In this document: positions 1 through 9,943 of the stretch, piece by piece
Layout of the letters: each line of letters starts with the position of its first letter
Position numbering within the stretch: position 1 is the first letter of the stretch
From: Candidatus Marinacidobacterium sp.
GTDB taxonomy: Bacteria; Acidobacteriota; Vicinamibacteria; Marinacidobacterales; Marinacidobacteraceae
Direction of reading: 5' to 3'
Assembly: GCA_965220965.1 (NCBI GenBank)
Contig: OZ244852.1
Location: forward strand, 1,440,001 to 1,504,000
DNA: 64,000 nt
Notes under the pieces: model-generated
What the model was told of the DNA's origin: nothing
The model's database searches: none
Seen by the model: only the letters and a program-made list of their open reading frames with translations
Program-made: the position numbers and the translations under genes

Positions 1-47
1 GGACCCCACCCTGCGCTGCGGCGTCCCCCACTGACCCCGGCGGACGA

Positions 48-70
48 GGGCGCCCCGACCCGGGGCGCCC
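48..70. terminator. GC-rich hairpin downstream of the 77..730 gene
   Basis: Perfect 10-bp stem GGGCGCCCCG-ACC-CGGGGCGCCC just past the stop codon; no U-tract. Confidence 0.4.
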
Positions 71-76
71 GCGCCG

Positions 77-730
77 TCAGAAGGCCGCGAGGCCCAGCGA
101 AGTCCGGAGCGCCGGAGAGTTCACGATGAGCTCTCCCAGCTCGGTCATCGCGTTCCCGATGGCGGTCTCGACCGCCTGCGCCACGACCTGCGCGCCCTCG
201 GAGCACCTGCTCCCCCCGCCCGTCTGCACAGAGCTTCCCTGCACGAAATCGCGGATCTGGAGGCCGTCGGCGGTGAATGCCGACACCTGCATCGCGACAT
301 CGGCGCCCGCCTCGAATCCCCGGAAGAAGCCGGTGCTCACCCCCACTCCGAAGCTGTCGACCCGCACCACGATGACCGCGCCCAGACGACGCGCCTCCAT
401 CTCCTCGCGGTTCAGCGGCGCCGGAGTGTGCTCCAGTTTCCGGACGAGGCGCTCGAGCGTGCCGACGACCGACGCCTCGAACGACTCCCGCGCGTCCACC
501 GGGTAGCTGTTGTTCGCGCAGGTGAAGTCCGCAAAGTCGGGGATGCGCGCCTCGAACAGCATCTGGTCGGCGTCCACGAAGACCGCCGCGTCCACCGGCA
601 GCCCGGCCTCGAAGGCCAGGACCTCGTAGGACGGCGTCGGCTGGACCAGCACGGCGTGGGAACACGAAGCGGCGCCCAGCGCCAGAACAGCGCCGAGAGC
701 GAACGGAAGCTGACTGCGCTTACGGGTCAC
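77..730 (-). CDS. Hypothetical lipoprotein
   Basis: GTG start at 730 preceded by GGAGG; hydrophobic signal ending LGAASC (lipobox-like). Confidence 0.65.
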   Translation of the reverse strand: MTRKRSQLPFALGAVLALGAASCSHAVLVQPTPSYEVLAFEAGLPVDAAVFVDADQMLFEARIPDFADFTCANNSYPVDARESFEASVVGTLERLVRKLEHTPAPLNREEMEARRLGAVIVVRVDSFGVGVSTGFFRGFEAGADVAMQVSAFTADGLQIRDFVQGSSVQTGGGSRCSEGAQVVAQAVETAIGNAMTELGELIVNSPALRTSLGLAAF

Positions 731-823
731 GGTGCTTCTCCTCCCTTCGCGGGATCGGTGGGGCGACGGGTCATCTTCGCCGCATGAGTCCAACGCAAGC
801 AAACCAGGGACCGGACCGCCAGG

Positions 824-2488
824 CTACGGCCGCAGGTCCAGAACCGGGTCCTTCTTCCCGGTCATCTCCCAGCGCACCAGCGTGACCGGGATGACGCCGG
901 ATGCGTAGAACCGGTCGAAGAAGTCCTTCACGCTGAAGTCGTCCCCGTCCTGGATCGCGACTTCGGCCATGAGCTCCTCGATCTGGATCTTGCCGGCGAT
1001 GTAGCTCGTGCCGTAACCCGGCTGGCGCAGGTAGAGGCTCTGCTCGCCGCGGACGAGCGCCCCCTCGGTCAGCCACCCCCTCGGGGTCCACTCCATCGCG
1101 AACCCCACCGCCTCCTCCATGTCGAACTCGCCGCCGTGGAGGTTCAGGCCGCTGATCGCCCGGGCCGCCCGCTGCGCCAGCATGATCCACGTCAGCTCGC
1201 GCGACCTCGGCGACCCCTCGAGCAGCCCGAGGTGCATGAACATTTCCTCGACGCCGGTGGCGAGGCCCTCGGAGCGCGCCTGGAAGATGTTGAAGAGCGA
1301 GGGGACCGCGCGGATCGGGCTCGGGTGCGGGGCCTCGCGCATCGCCGCCAGCTCGATCCAGTGGTGCATGTGCGGCCGGAACGCATCCGGGTCGCGGTAG
1401 TTCACCTCGTGGAAGAAGTTCCGCAGGTCGTCCGGGTTCTCGACCGGCAGGAAGGACCCGTTCACCGCGCGGAGCGCCGGATCCATCCACGGCTCGGTCG
1501 TCTGGACCTCCTCGCGTTCGAGGAACTCCATGTAGCGGTCCACCGACTCGTTGAGCCGCCCGTCGAACTCTTCCGCGGAGGCGATCCGCTCCAGCTCCGG
1601 CAGCGCCCGGTTGCGGTTCTCCTCGAGCAGCATCGACGAGTGGGAGCGCGCCAGTTCGCGGCGCATGAAGGCCAACTGCTCCTCCCACGAGTAGGGCAGC
1701 AGGTGAACGTGCCGCATGACCCAGGTGTATTCGTCGGCGCCGATGCCGGAGGGCCCGGTCCTGGTGTCCGATTCCGCGTCGAGGAACTCCCGGAACCCGT
1801 CGCTCGCCGCGATCCCCGCGGCCACCGCGGCGTCGAGATCGGCGCTCGTCCCCGCGACCCGCTCGCCGAAGGCGGCCAGGTCCGCCGCCTGGTTCCGGAA
1901 CGCGCGCAGCCCGCCGAGCCACAGATCGCGGGCGTTCGAGTCGGCGAGGTTCTCCCTCGCCTGCTCGAGGATCGCCGGGATCGCCCCGATCCGGGCGGCA
2001 AGCTCGGCCGCATCAGCCTCGGACAGCGGGTAGTCGTAGGTCCACAGGTCGATCCAGCCGTGGATCACCGGCCCCTCGTGCGCCGGGACATCGCTCTCCG
2101 CCGAGAAGACGGTGACGTAGAAGGCGGGATCGCGGGCCCACGGACGCCGCACCCGGTGGTCGAAGTCGAGCCCGTTCATCTCACCCCGCACGATGTGCCA
2201 GTCGATCTGTTCGGAGACGCTCCACTCCTCCGGCTGGAGCGCATCGAGCCGCGCCCGCCACGCCGGAAGCTCGGCCGCCTGCCGCGCCATCGCCGCCGCG
2301 GTGTAGTCGGGAACGTGGTCGGTGAACGCGGGACGCTCGAACTCGCGCCACTCGTGGAACAGCTCGACGAGGTCGGCGTGGGTCCCGGGAGCGCCCATCG
2401 GCGCCTCGGGCGCGTCGCCGCCCTCCGGGGCGCAGCCGCCGAGCGCGAGCAGGAGCGGGAGAAGGGCCAAGCGATGCATGCGGGTCAT
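824..2488 (-). CDS. DUF885 family lipoprotein
   Basis: ATG 2488 with GGAGG RBS, lipobox LGGC, C-terminal Y..QPGYGTSY..GK..I and G.IPV motifs typical of DUF885. Confidence 0.75.
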   Translation of the reverse strand: MTRMHRLALLPLLLALGGCAPEGGDAPEAPMGAPGTHADLVELFHEWREFERPAFTDHVPDYTAAAMARQAAELPAWRARLDALQPEEWSVSEQIDWHIVRGEMNGLDFDHRVRRPWARDPAFYVTVFSAESDVPAHEGPVIHGWIDLWTYDYPLSEADAAELAARIGAIPAILEQARENLADSNARDLWLGGLRAFRNQAADLAAFGERVAGTSADLDAAVAAGIAASDGFREFLDAESDTRTGPSGIGADEYTWVMRHVHLLPYSWEEQLAFMRRELARSHSSMLLEENRNRALPELERIASAEEFDGRLNESVDRYMEFLEREEVQTTEPWMDPALRAVNGSFLPVENPDDLRNFFHEVNYRDPDAFRPHMHHWIELAAMREAPHPSPIRAVPSLFNIFQARSEGLATGVEEMFMHLGLLEGSPRSRELTWIMLAQRAARAISGLNLHGGEFDMEEAVGFAMEWTPRGWLTEGALVRGEQSLYLRQPGYGTSYIAGKIQIEELMAEVAIQDGDDFSVKDFFDRFYASGVIPVTLVRWEMTGKKDPVLDLRP

Positions 2489-2564
2489 GGGCGGACGCCT
2501 CCGGGCGCCGGCCATCGTACGGCCTCGAACCGCTTCCGGCTCCGCGAGCCGGCCGGGAGGCGCC

Positions 2565-3725
2565 TCAGCGCGGGGCCGAGGACCGGAGCGCGGATTCGAG
2601 GGCGTCGCCGAACCGCCGGATGTCCTCGGCGTCGTGGTAGTGCGCGAGCGACGCCCGCACCGCGCCCGCCTCGGGGTCGGCGCCGAGCGCCGAGAGGACA
2701 TCGGCCGCTCCCAGCGTACCGGCCCCGACGCGGGACCCGCCCGCCGCCAGCGCCTCGCCCAGATCCCACCCGGCGACCCGCTCCGCCACGAACGTGAACG
2801 TCGGAACCCGCACCGCCGCGCGGTTCGACTCGCGCTCCCCCAGGACCCGCACTCCCGGCGCGCGACGCAGGAGTTCGAGCATCCGCCGCGACAGGACGCG
2901 CTCCTCCTGGCGGATCGCCTGCATCCCCCGGCGCATCGCCTCCCGCCGGCCGAACCGCTCGGAGGGCGGCGCGACCGGCGCCTCCCGCTCCTCCCCGAGG
3001 CGCTCCACGTAGGCGAGCGACCGGCTCAGCGAAGCAATCGTCGCCGGAGCGGCGGCGCCGTTCAGGCTTCCCCCGGGCGGATCCCGCATCCACAGCGCCG
3101 CCCCCGAGGCGCCGAACAGCTCGTCGAGCGAAGCGATCAGGCCGTCGCACCGCAGATTGCGGAGGTCGAGCGACCCGTGGGCGAGGAAGTGGCTCGCCTC
3201 GCAGACCACACGAACGCCGCTTCCCGCGAGCCGCTGCGCCAGCGGGATGACCTCGTTGAGCGACCCCGAGACCGGGCACGCCTTCGTCTGGACGACGAGC
3301 CGGGTCCGCCCCTCGAGCAGCGGCTCGAGATCCTCGAGCGCCAGCCGGCCGGTCGGGCGCGGCGCCCAGCGGACGAGCCGGACTCCTTCCGGCAGCGCCC
3401 GGCGCCACGCCGACCGCCGAACGTCGGGCTCGGAACCCGAGAGGACGACCGCGTCGCCGGAAGACACCCCGCAGCCGCGCGCGAGGACGTGAACGAGATC
3501 CGCGTAGCGGTCGCTGACCGCAACCTGCTCCTGCGCCCAGTCGGCATTCGTGTTCCAGAACCAGGCGAGCGACTCGCGGAGGTCGGCGAGCGCCTCGGCG
3601 TCGGCGGCCGCCGGCCGGGTCCGGAGCGTCCGGGGAGCGCCGACCGCATCGAAATCGAGCCGGGACGCATCGTCAGGGCCCGAGGGAGCGAAGGCCTCGC
3701 GCACGACCGGAAGGGGCAGGAACAT
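2565..3725 (-). CDS. Class V aminotransferase / cysteine desulfurase-like protein, apparently lacking the PLP lysine
   Basis: RTRLV..PVSGSLN, RVPTFTF and VRASLAHYH..EDI motifs; SLDELFG where S..KxxG is expected. Confidence 0.7.
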   Translation of the reverse strand: MFLPLPVVREAFAPSGPDDASRLDFDAVGAPRTLRTRPAAADAEALADLRESLAWFWNTNADWAQEQVAVSDRYADLVHVLARGCGVSSGDAVVLSGSEPDVRRSAWRRALPEGVRLVRWAPRPTGRLALEDLEPLLEGRTRLVVQTKACPVSGSLNEVIPLAQRLAGSGVRVVCEASHFLAHGSLDLRNLRCDGLIASLDELFGASGAALWMRDPPGGSLNGAAAPATIASLSRSLAYVERLGEEREAPVAPPSERFGRREAMRRGMQAIRQEERVLSRRMLELLRRAPGVRVLGERESNRAAVRVPTFTFVAERVAGWDLGEALAAGGSRVGAGTLGAADVLSALGADPEAGAVRASLAHYHDAEDIRRFGDALESALRSSAPR

Positions 3726-3778
3726 GCTGGGGGCTGGCGCGACCGGTCGACCCGGAACGGTCAGTAGCATAGAACGCC

Positions 3779-4792
3779 GTGAAGCCCCCCGAAGTTGCCG
3801 CGTTCGACCAGCGCACGGTTTCGAATGTCTGGTCCATGGACGATGGCGATCGCGCCATTCGGGTCACCGGACGCGACCGCGCCGACTTCCTGCGGCGCAT
3901 CCTCGCAGGCGAGGTCCCGGCCCCGGGCGGCCTGGCGAGGACCGCGCTCCTCACCCCCAAGGGCGCGCTGATCGCGGCGGCGACGGCTTCGACAACGACC
4001 GCCGAGGTCGTGCTGGAGACCGAGCCGTCGCGCCGCCAGCCGCTCCTCGCCAAGCTCGATCTCTACCGGATCAGCGACGATGTGAAGTTGACCCCGCTCG
4101 ACGGCGAGGACAACCGGAGCCTGCTCGTCCAGGGTCAGAGCGCCGGCGAGACCGTCGCCGAAGCGCTCGCCGCACTCGGCTGGTCGCTCCCGGAAGGCCT
4201 CGACCCGGGCGGGGCGCCGCCGGGGGCGGGCGTTGACATCCCGGGGGAAGCCGGGGGCGTGTGTCTCGTCCGCCGCCTGTTCCGGCCGTGGCCGGCGTGG
4301 CGGGTGCGCTTTCTGGATGCGCCGGACGCGGCGACGCGGGTCGGGGAGTTCCTCGCCGCCCGACGCGCCGCCGCGGGACCGGAGGAAGACGACTACCTGC
4401 GGGTCGCCGCCGGGGAACCGGCATGGGGGAGCGAGCTGGACGAGGCCTCGCGGGTCGCCGAGTGCGGCCTCGCCGCCCACGCCCGGCTCGGCAGGGGTTG
4501 CTACATCGGGCAGGAGTTCGTCGCCCGCCAGGCCCACCGCGGCCGCATCCCCCGTCTGCTGCGGCGACTCGCCTTCGACCCCGGCCACCCTCTCCCCGCC
4601 CCGCAGTCCGATCTCGGGCTCGACGGCGAGAAAGCGGGACGCCTCACCTCCGCCGCCCGGCCGCCAGAAGGCGGCGCTGGCGCGCTCCCCGGCCTCGGAC
4701 TCGCCATCCTGAACGCCGCGGTCCCACCGGGCGCCGTCGTGACCAGCGAGGCGGATCCGGGCGAATTCCGGGCGCGCGTCCTCCCCGACTGA
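3779..4792 (+). CDS. ygfZ: Folate-binding Fe-S cluster repair protein (YgfZ/GcvT family)
   Basis: Signature RGCYIGQE; N-terminal VTGRDRADFL and LLTPKG. Confidence 0.85.
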   Translation: MKPPEVAAFDQRTVSNVWSMDDGDRAIRVTGRDRADFLRRILAGEVPAPGGLARTALLTPKGALIAAATASTTTAEVVLETEPSRRQPLLAKLDLYRISDDVKLTPLDGEDNRSLLVQGQSAGETVAEALAALGWSLPEGLDPGGAPPGAGVDIPGEAGGVCLVRRLFRPWPAWRVRFLDAPDAATRVGEFLAARRAAAGPEEDDYLRVAAGEPAWGSELDEASRVAECGLAAHARLGRGCYIGQEFVARQAHRGRIPRLLRRLAFDPGHPLPAPQSDLGLDGEKAGRLTSAARPPEGGAGALPGLGLAILNAAVPPGAVVTSEADPGEFRARVLPD

Positions 4793-4795
4793 ATC

Positions 4796-6448
4796 ATGCG
4801 AATGACCCTCCGCGCCGCCCTCGCCGCAGCCGTCCTCGCCGGCGCCTGCGCGCCGCCGCCGGCTGACCTCATCCTTCACGGCGGCCGGGTCCACACGCTC
4901 GACCCGGAGCTCGGAACGGTCGAGGCGCTCGCCATCGCCGGCGGATCGGTCGTCGCCGCCGGCCCCGACGGGGAGATCCTTCGCCACCGGGGACCGGACA
5001 CCGAGGTCTTCCCGCTCGAAGGCCAGACGGTTCTCCCCGGCCTCACCGACAACCACTTCCACGCGCTCGGTGGCGGTCCGGGCGTCGATCTCTCGGGCGT
5101 CCGCACGCTCGACGAGCTGGGGCAGGCGATCGCCGCCCGCGCCGCCGACACCCCGCAAGGCGAGCTGGTGGTCACGAACAGCAACTGGCACGAGGGCCAG
5201 CTCCGGGAGCAGCGCCTCCCGCTGCGCGACGACCTGGATGAAGCCGCTCCCGATCATCCGGTGGTGGTCGTCCGGGGCGGGCACGAGTACATCCTGAACT
5301 CCGCCGCCATCGAGCGGTTCGGGATCGCGGAGAACGCCGAGTCGCCTCCCGGCGGCCGCATCGGCCGCTACCCCGACGGCCGGCTGAACGGCGAGCTGGT
5401 GGACCGCGCCAAGGATCCGGTCCAGTTTCCCCGGCCCGAACCGGAAGGCGACCCCATCGACCGGCTCCGCGAGGATCTGCTGACGATGGCCGGCTACGGG
5501 ATCACCGCGCTGCGGATCCCGGGCGGCTCAGCCGAACAGTTCGGGCTCTTCCGCCGTCTCGCGGAGGAGAACCGCCTCCCGATCCGGATCGAGTTCCTGT
5601 TCCGGCTCCGGGGCGACCCGGAGGAGGTTGAAGCGACGGTCGCTTCGTGGGGCGTCGGTCCGGAGTTCGCAACCGGTCTGCTCCGCGTGACCGGGGTCAA
5701 GCTGGGGGTGGACGGTGGTTTCGAAGGCGGCTGGATGCGGGAGCCCTACGAAGAACCGTGGGGCCGCGGCGGAACCTACTTCGGCCTCCAGACGATGCCG
5801 ACCGAGGCCTTCCACGAGACCGTGCGGATCCTGAACCGCTTCGGCTGGCGGGTCGGAACGCACGCAGTGGGCGACGCCGCCATCGACCTCGTGCTCGACG
5901 CCTACGAAGCCGCCCACGACGAAACGCCGATCAGCGACCGCCGCTGGACCATCGAGCACGGGTTCATCCCGGCGCAAGACCAGTTCCAGCGCATGCGCAA
6001 CCTCGGGCTCACCGTCACCGCGCAGCACCATCTCTACGTGGCCGCGCCCAGCCTGGTCGCCTACTGGGGAGCGGAGCGCGCCGCGCTTACGACCCCGGTG
6101 GGACTCTTCGCCGAAGAGGGCATCCCGGTCTCGCTCGGAACCGACTCGCCGGTCATCCCGCACAACCCGCTCGAGGTCCTCTTCCACTTCACAACGCGCG
6201 ACACGCTCTCCGCCGGGATCCAGGGCGAGGAATACGCCGTCTCCCGCGAGGACGCGCTCCGCCACATGACGCGCGGCTACGCGTGGCAGACAGTTACCGA
6301 GACGACAAGGGGCGCGCTCGCCCCCGGCATGGCCGCTGATCTGGCGATCTTCGAGGACGACTACTTCGAGGTCCCGGCGGAGGAGATCCCGGGTCTTCTG
6401 CCCACCCGGACGATCGTGGCGGGCCGCACGGTCCACGTGGCCGAATGA
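4796..6448 (+). CDS. Amidohydrolase-3 family (YtcJ-like) lipoprotein
   Basis: Lipobox LAGAC; PGLTDNHFH, HAVGD, IEHG and GTDSP motifs. Confidence 0.88.
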   Translation: MRMTLRAALAAAVLAGACAPPPADLILHGGRVHTLDPELGTVEALAIAGGSVVAAGPDGEILRHRGPDTEVFPLEGQTVLPGLTDNHFHALGGGPGVDLSGVRTLDELGQAIAARAADTPQGELVVTNSNWHEGQLREQRLPLRDDLDEAAPDHPVVVVRGGHEYILNSAAIERFGIAENAESPPGGRIGRYPDGRLNGELVDRAKDPVQFPRPEPEGDPIDRLREDLLTMAGYGITALRIPGGSAEQFGLFRRLAEENRLPIRIEFLFRLRGDPEEVEATVASWGVGPEFATGLLRVTGVKLGVDGGFEGGWMREPYEEPWGRGGTYFGLQTMPTEAFHETVRILNRFGWRVGTHAVGDAAIDLVLDAYEAAHDETPISDRRWTIEHGFIPAQDQFQRMRNLGLTVTAQHHLYVAAPSLVAYWGAERAALTTPVGLFAEEGIPVSLGTDSPVIPHNPLEVLFHFTTRDTLSAGIQGEEYAVSREDALRHMTRGYAWQTVTETTRGALAPGMAADLAIFEDDYFEVPAEEIPGLLPTRTIVAGRTVHVAE

Positions 6449-6577
6449 GCGCACTTCCACCACCCCGCGAGGGCGAGATGGTCTCGCGCGACACCTACGT
6501 TCGCTGCTAGAGTGGCCAACCACCGTGACGGCGGTCGCAAGCGCCGCCCAGTCAAGAGCGGAAGGCGGAGGCTGGAA

Positions 6578-6811
6578 GTGAAGACAGACAACGGCTCCAG
6601 AGAATCCCCAACTCCGGAGACCCGGACACGCCCGAGCGACATCGAAGTCCTTCAGATGCTTCGCGACGCCGCGCGACAGTACGAGGAGAGCATGCGTGTG
6701 GCGGACCTGGCCGATCTTTCTGGGAGCCAGGAGAGCAACTTTCCCAGGTACGAGTGGGATAACCCCATGGGGCTTGTCGTGACAGCACCAAGGTATGGCA
6801 AGCTGGTCTGA
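6578..6811 (+). CDS. Small hypothetical protein (77 aa) overlapping the start of the SDH protease gene
   Basis: GGAGG RBS then GTG at 6578; overlaps the next ATG (6795); same lower-GC composition. Confidence 0.5.
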   Translation: MKTDNGSRESPTPETRTRPSDIEVLQMLRDAARQYEESMRVADLADLSGSQESNFPRYEWDNPMGLVVTAPRYGKLV

Positions 6812-7734
6812 TCTTCAGAGCGATCTGGCCGGCATTAAGCCAGAGCAACGGGGTGACGCAGTATCGGAGAGGCTGCGGGAGTCAACTGCTCGTATCGCTG
6901 ACCGCTGTGATCTGAACGTTCTCTACTACGCTTCGAGCTTCCTGCAAAAGCCCCATGTGCCGGGGCTCTTCACCTCGATCAACATGGAGGACATCAATGG
7001 ATTCATGGCCGGGGTTCATGGCCATGACTTCAGCAAGGGACTCCTTTTGATCCTGCACACGCCGGGAGGCCTCGCGGAGGCCGCGCACACCATCGTCGAC
7101 TATCTCCGCAGTAAGTTCTCCGCAATTGACGTCGTGATACCCACCTACGCGATTGTCCGCTGGCACCATGATCGCACTCGGGTGCAACAATATTGTCATG
7201 GGAAGGCAGAGCCAACTGGGGCCAACAGACCCGCAGCTGATTGTCGGGAATCGACCGTTCTCGGCACACTCGATTGTCGAGCAGTTCGATGAAGCCAAGA
7301 CGGACATAGCAGAGGATCCTGTTCTGGCTCACGCCTGGGCTCCCGTGTTGCGTTCCTTCGGGCCTGCGTTGCTTCAAGAAGCCCGCAAGTCGATCTCCTA
7401 TGGTCAGACGCTGGTCGAGCATTGGTTGCGGGAGTACATGTTCTCCGAGCGACCGAACCCGGATGTTCAGGCACGAGCGGTCGCGGAGCACTTCGGTGGC
7501 AGCCGGCACGGGAGTCATGGCAGGCGGATCGGACGCGACGAGGCGCGACGGCAGGGCCTCGAGGTCGTCGATCTCGAGAGTGATCAAGACCTGCAGAATA
7601 AGGTGCTTACTCTCTACCATCTTTCCACAATCGCGTTTGAGAACGGTCCGGCTGCGAAGTTGGTCGCAAGCAGCAACAACCGAATGTGGGTGAAGCACGT
7701 ATCGGACGCTGCCGGTCCCGGCCGGCGCACGTAG
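6795..7734 (+). pseudogene. SDH_sah / ClpP-like serine protease with a +1 frameshift
   Basis: LILHTPGG in frame 1 and SAGTMIALG..SQLGPTDPQ..HG in frame 2; an extra T at 7153-7154 (GCG ATT GTCC instead of GCG ATG TCC) breaks the AMSAGT motif. Confidence 0.85.
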
Positions 7735-8095
7735 TCCATGTGAACGGACCCCCAGCGTCGCCTCCCATCGGAGACCGGATCCGCATCCACGCCGGCAACA
7801 AGCAGCTCCGCCTGGAGATCGTGGCGGAGGGACTGGCCGAGGACGACCGCGTGCGAGACCGCCGATTCCAGAATTTCTCGCCGAGGATCCTGGACCTGAG
7901 GGACCAGCAGGTCGTCAACGCTCGCCGGGGCGAGGAGGGGCCGCTCCGCGAGCGTCGTCCGGCCCTGGACCCGCGGGGACCGGGACGGCTGCACCGAGGC
8001 CGCCGGGTGGATGAAGGCCCGGAACGAGCGGCTGCGGGCCATCGCCGCACAGGAGGGATCCACGACGACGCCCCGCGCCCCGCTACACTGACGCC

Positions 8096-9943
8096 ATGTC
8101 GATAACCGGCTACCAGCCTCCGAAGTTCGCGTCAAGACGCCGGTTCCTCACGACAGCGGCCGCCGCCCCCTGGCTTGCCCTGCCCCGCCCGGCGCTGTCG
8201 CTTCCTCCGGCGTACCGCGGGAACCCGCTCGCGCTGTCCGGGACCGACTTCCAGCTCGACGTCGGCGAGCACCAGATCCGGGCCACCAGCCGTTCGCGGC
8301 CGGCGACGCTCGTTCAGGGTTCGCTTCCGGGACCCACGCTGCGCTGGCGCGAAGGGGACGACGTCACGATCCGGGTCCGCAACCGGCTCGACGAATCCAC
8401 CTCGATCCACTGGCACGGCCTGCTCGTCCCCCCGGGGATGGACGGCGTGCCTGGCGTCAGCTTCCCGGGCATCGCTCCCGGCGAGACCTTCACCTACCGG
8501 TTCCGGGTCCGCCAGAACGGCACCTACTGGTACCACTCGCACAGCGGGTTCCAGGAGCAGACCGGCGTCTACGGCGCGCTGATCATCGACCCGGCGGGAC
8601 CGGAGCGGTTCCCGGTGGACCGCGACCACGTCATGGTGCTCTCGGACTGGACCGACGACGACCCCCACCGCGTCTACAACCGGCTGAAGCGGGACTCGGA
8701 GTTCTATCTCTCGAACCGCCGCACGCTGGGGGACCTGGTTCGGGAGGTCCGCGAGCGGGGGCTGGGCGCCACCCGTTCGGACCGGGCGATGTGGGGCCAG
8801 ATGCGGATGAGCGACCGGGACATCTCGGATGTGACCGGCGCCGAATACACGTTCCTGATGAACGGGGCCTCCCCGGATCCGGGCGCCTCCTTCCTCGCCA
8901 ACCCCGGCGAACGGGTGCGGCTCCGCGTCATCAACGCCGCGGCGATGACCTACTTCGACCTGCGGATCCCGGGGCTCAGCCTGCGGGTGATCGCGGTTGA
9001 CGGACAGCCGGTCGAGCCGGTCACGGTGGACGAGCTCCGGATCGGCGTGGCCGAGACCTACGACATCCTCGTCGAGCCGAAGGACGCCGGCCCCTACCCG
9101 GTCTTCGCCCAGGCGATCGACCGGTCCGGGTTCGCATTCGGCTCGCTGGGAGCGGATCCGGCGGCGCGCGCCGAGCCGCCCGCCATGGACCCGCCGACGT
9201 TCCTGACGCACGCCGACATGGGCATGGCCCCGACGGAGGACCACGCCGCTCACGGCGCGCCGGCCGAGCCCGCCGCCCCCATGATGGATCACGGCGAACA
9301 CGCCGGGCACGCCATGCCGATGCAGGGCGGGGAACACGCCGGGCACGCGATGCCGGCGCAGCACGGCGCCCACGGTGGGAACGGAAATTCCGGAGCGCAC
9401 ACCGCGAGCGCGCCGGCCCCGGTCCGGAACCCGGTGGCACTCGGTCCGGGCGTCGACATGCGGGTGGACTTCCCGAAGGACCGCCTCGATGACCCCGGCG
9501 CCGGCCTCCGCAACAACGGTCGCCGCGTCCTGACCTACGCCGACCTGACGAGCACGGAAGTGAGGCCGGCCGACCCGGACCGGGAGATCGAACTCCACCT
9601 GACGGGTTCGATGTGGCGGTATCTGTGGTCGTTCGACGGCATCCCCCGTCGTGATGCGCCGCCGATGCGATTTCGGGAGGGGGAGCGGGTCCGGATGGTG
9701 CTGATCAACGACACCGGCATGAACCACCCGATCCATCTCCATGGCATGTGGAGCGACGTCGAGACCGGCGGCCCCGCCGGAGGCCCCGACGGCGTCGTCC
9801 GGAAGCACACCGTCTCGGTGCAGCCCGCCAGCCGGGTCCGCGCGCTGGTGCACGCCGACGCGCCCGGGCCGTGGGCCTTCCACTGCCATCTGCTCTACCA
9901 CATGCCCGGCATGTTCCGGGAGGTCCATGTCGGTGAGGTCTGA
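8096..9943 (+). CDS. copA: Copper resistance multicopper oxidase (CopA/PcoA family), Tat-exported
   Basis: SRRRFL Tat motif; HWHG, WYHSH, HPIHLHG, HCHLLYHM copper ligands; His/Met-rich insert. Confidence 0.95.
   Translation: MSITGYQPPKFASRRRFLTTAAAAPWLALPRPALSLPPAYRGNPLALSGTDFQLDVGEHQIRATSRSRPATLVQGSLPGPTLRWREGDDVTIRVRNRLDESTSIHWHGLLVPPGMDGVPGVSFPGIAPGETFTYRFRVRQNGTYWYHSHSGFQEQTGVYGALIIDPAGPERFPVDRDHVMVLSDWTDDDPHRVYNRLKRDSEFYLSNRRTLGDLVREVRERGLGATRSDRAMWGQMRMSDRDISDVTGAEYTFLMNGASPDPGASFLANPGERVRLRVINAAAMTYFDLRIPGLSLRVIAVDGQPVEPVTVDELRIGVAETYDILVEPKDAGPYPVFAQAIDRSGFAFGSLGADPAARAEPPAMDPPTFLTHADMGMAPTEDHAAHGAPAEPAAPMMDHGEHAGHAMPMQGGEHAGHAMPAQHGAHGGNGNSGAHTASAPAPVRNPVALGPGVDMRVDFPKDRLDDPGAGLRNNGRRVLTYADLTSTEVRPADPDREIELHLTGSMWRYLWSFDGIPRRDAPPMRFREGERVRMVLINDTGMNHPIHLHGMWSDVETGGPAGGPDGVVRKHTVSVQPASRVRALVHADAPGPWAFHCHLLYHMPGMFREVHVGEV

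Noticed and set aside
7735-8095. Possible gene remnant between the SDH gene and copA
   Set aside because: Coding-like stretches in more than one frame, but no recognisable motif or start signal.
9293-9355. Direct repeat encoding GEHAGHAMP twice in copA
   Set aside because: Ordinary His/Met-rich copper-binding insert of the CopA family.
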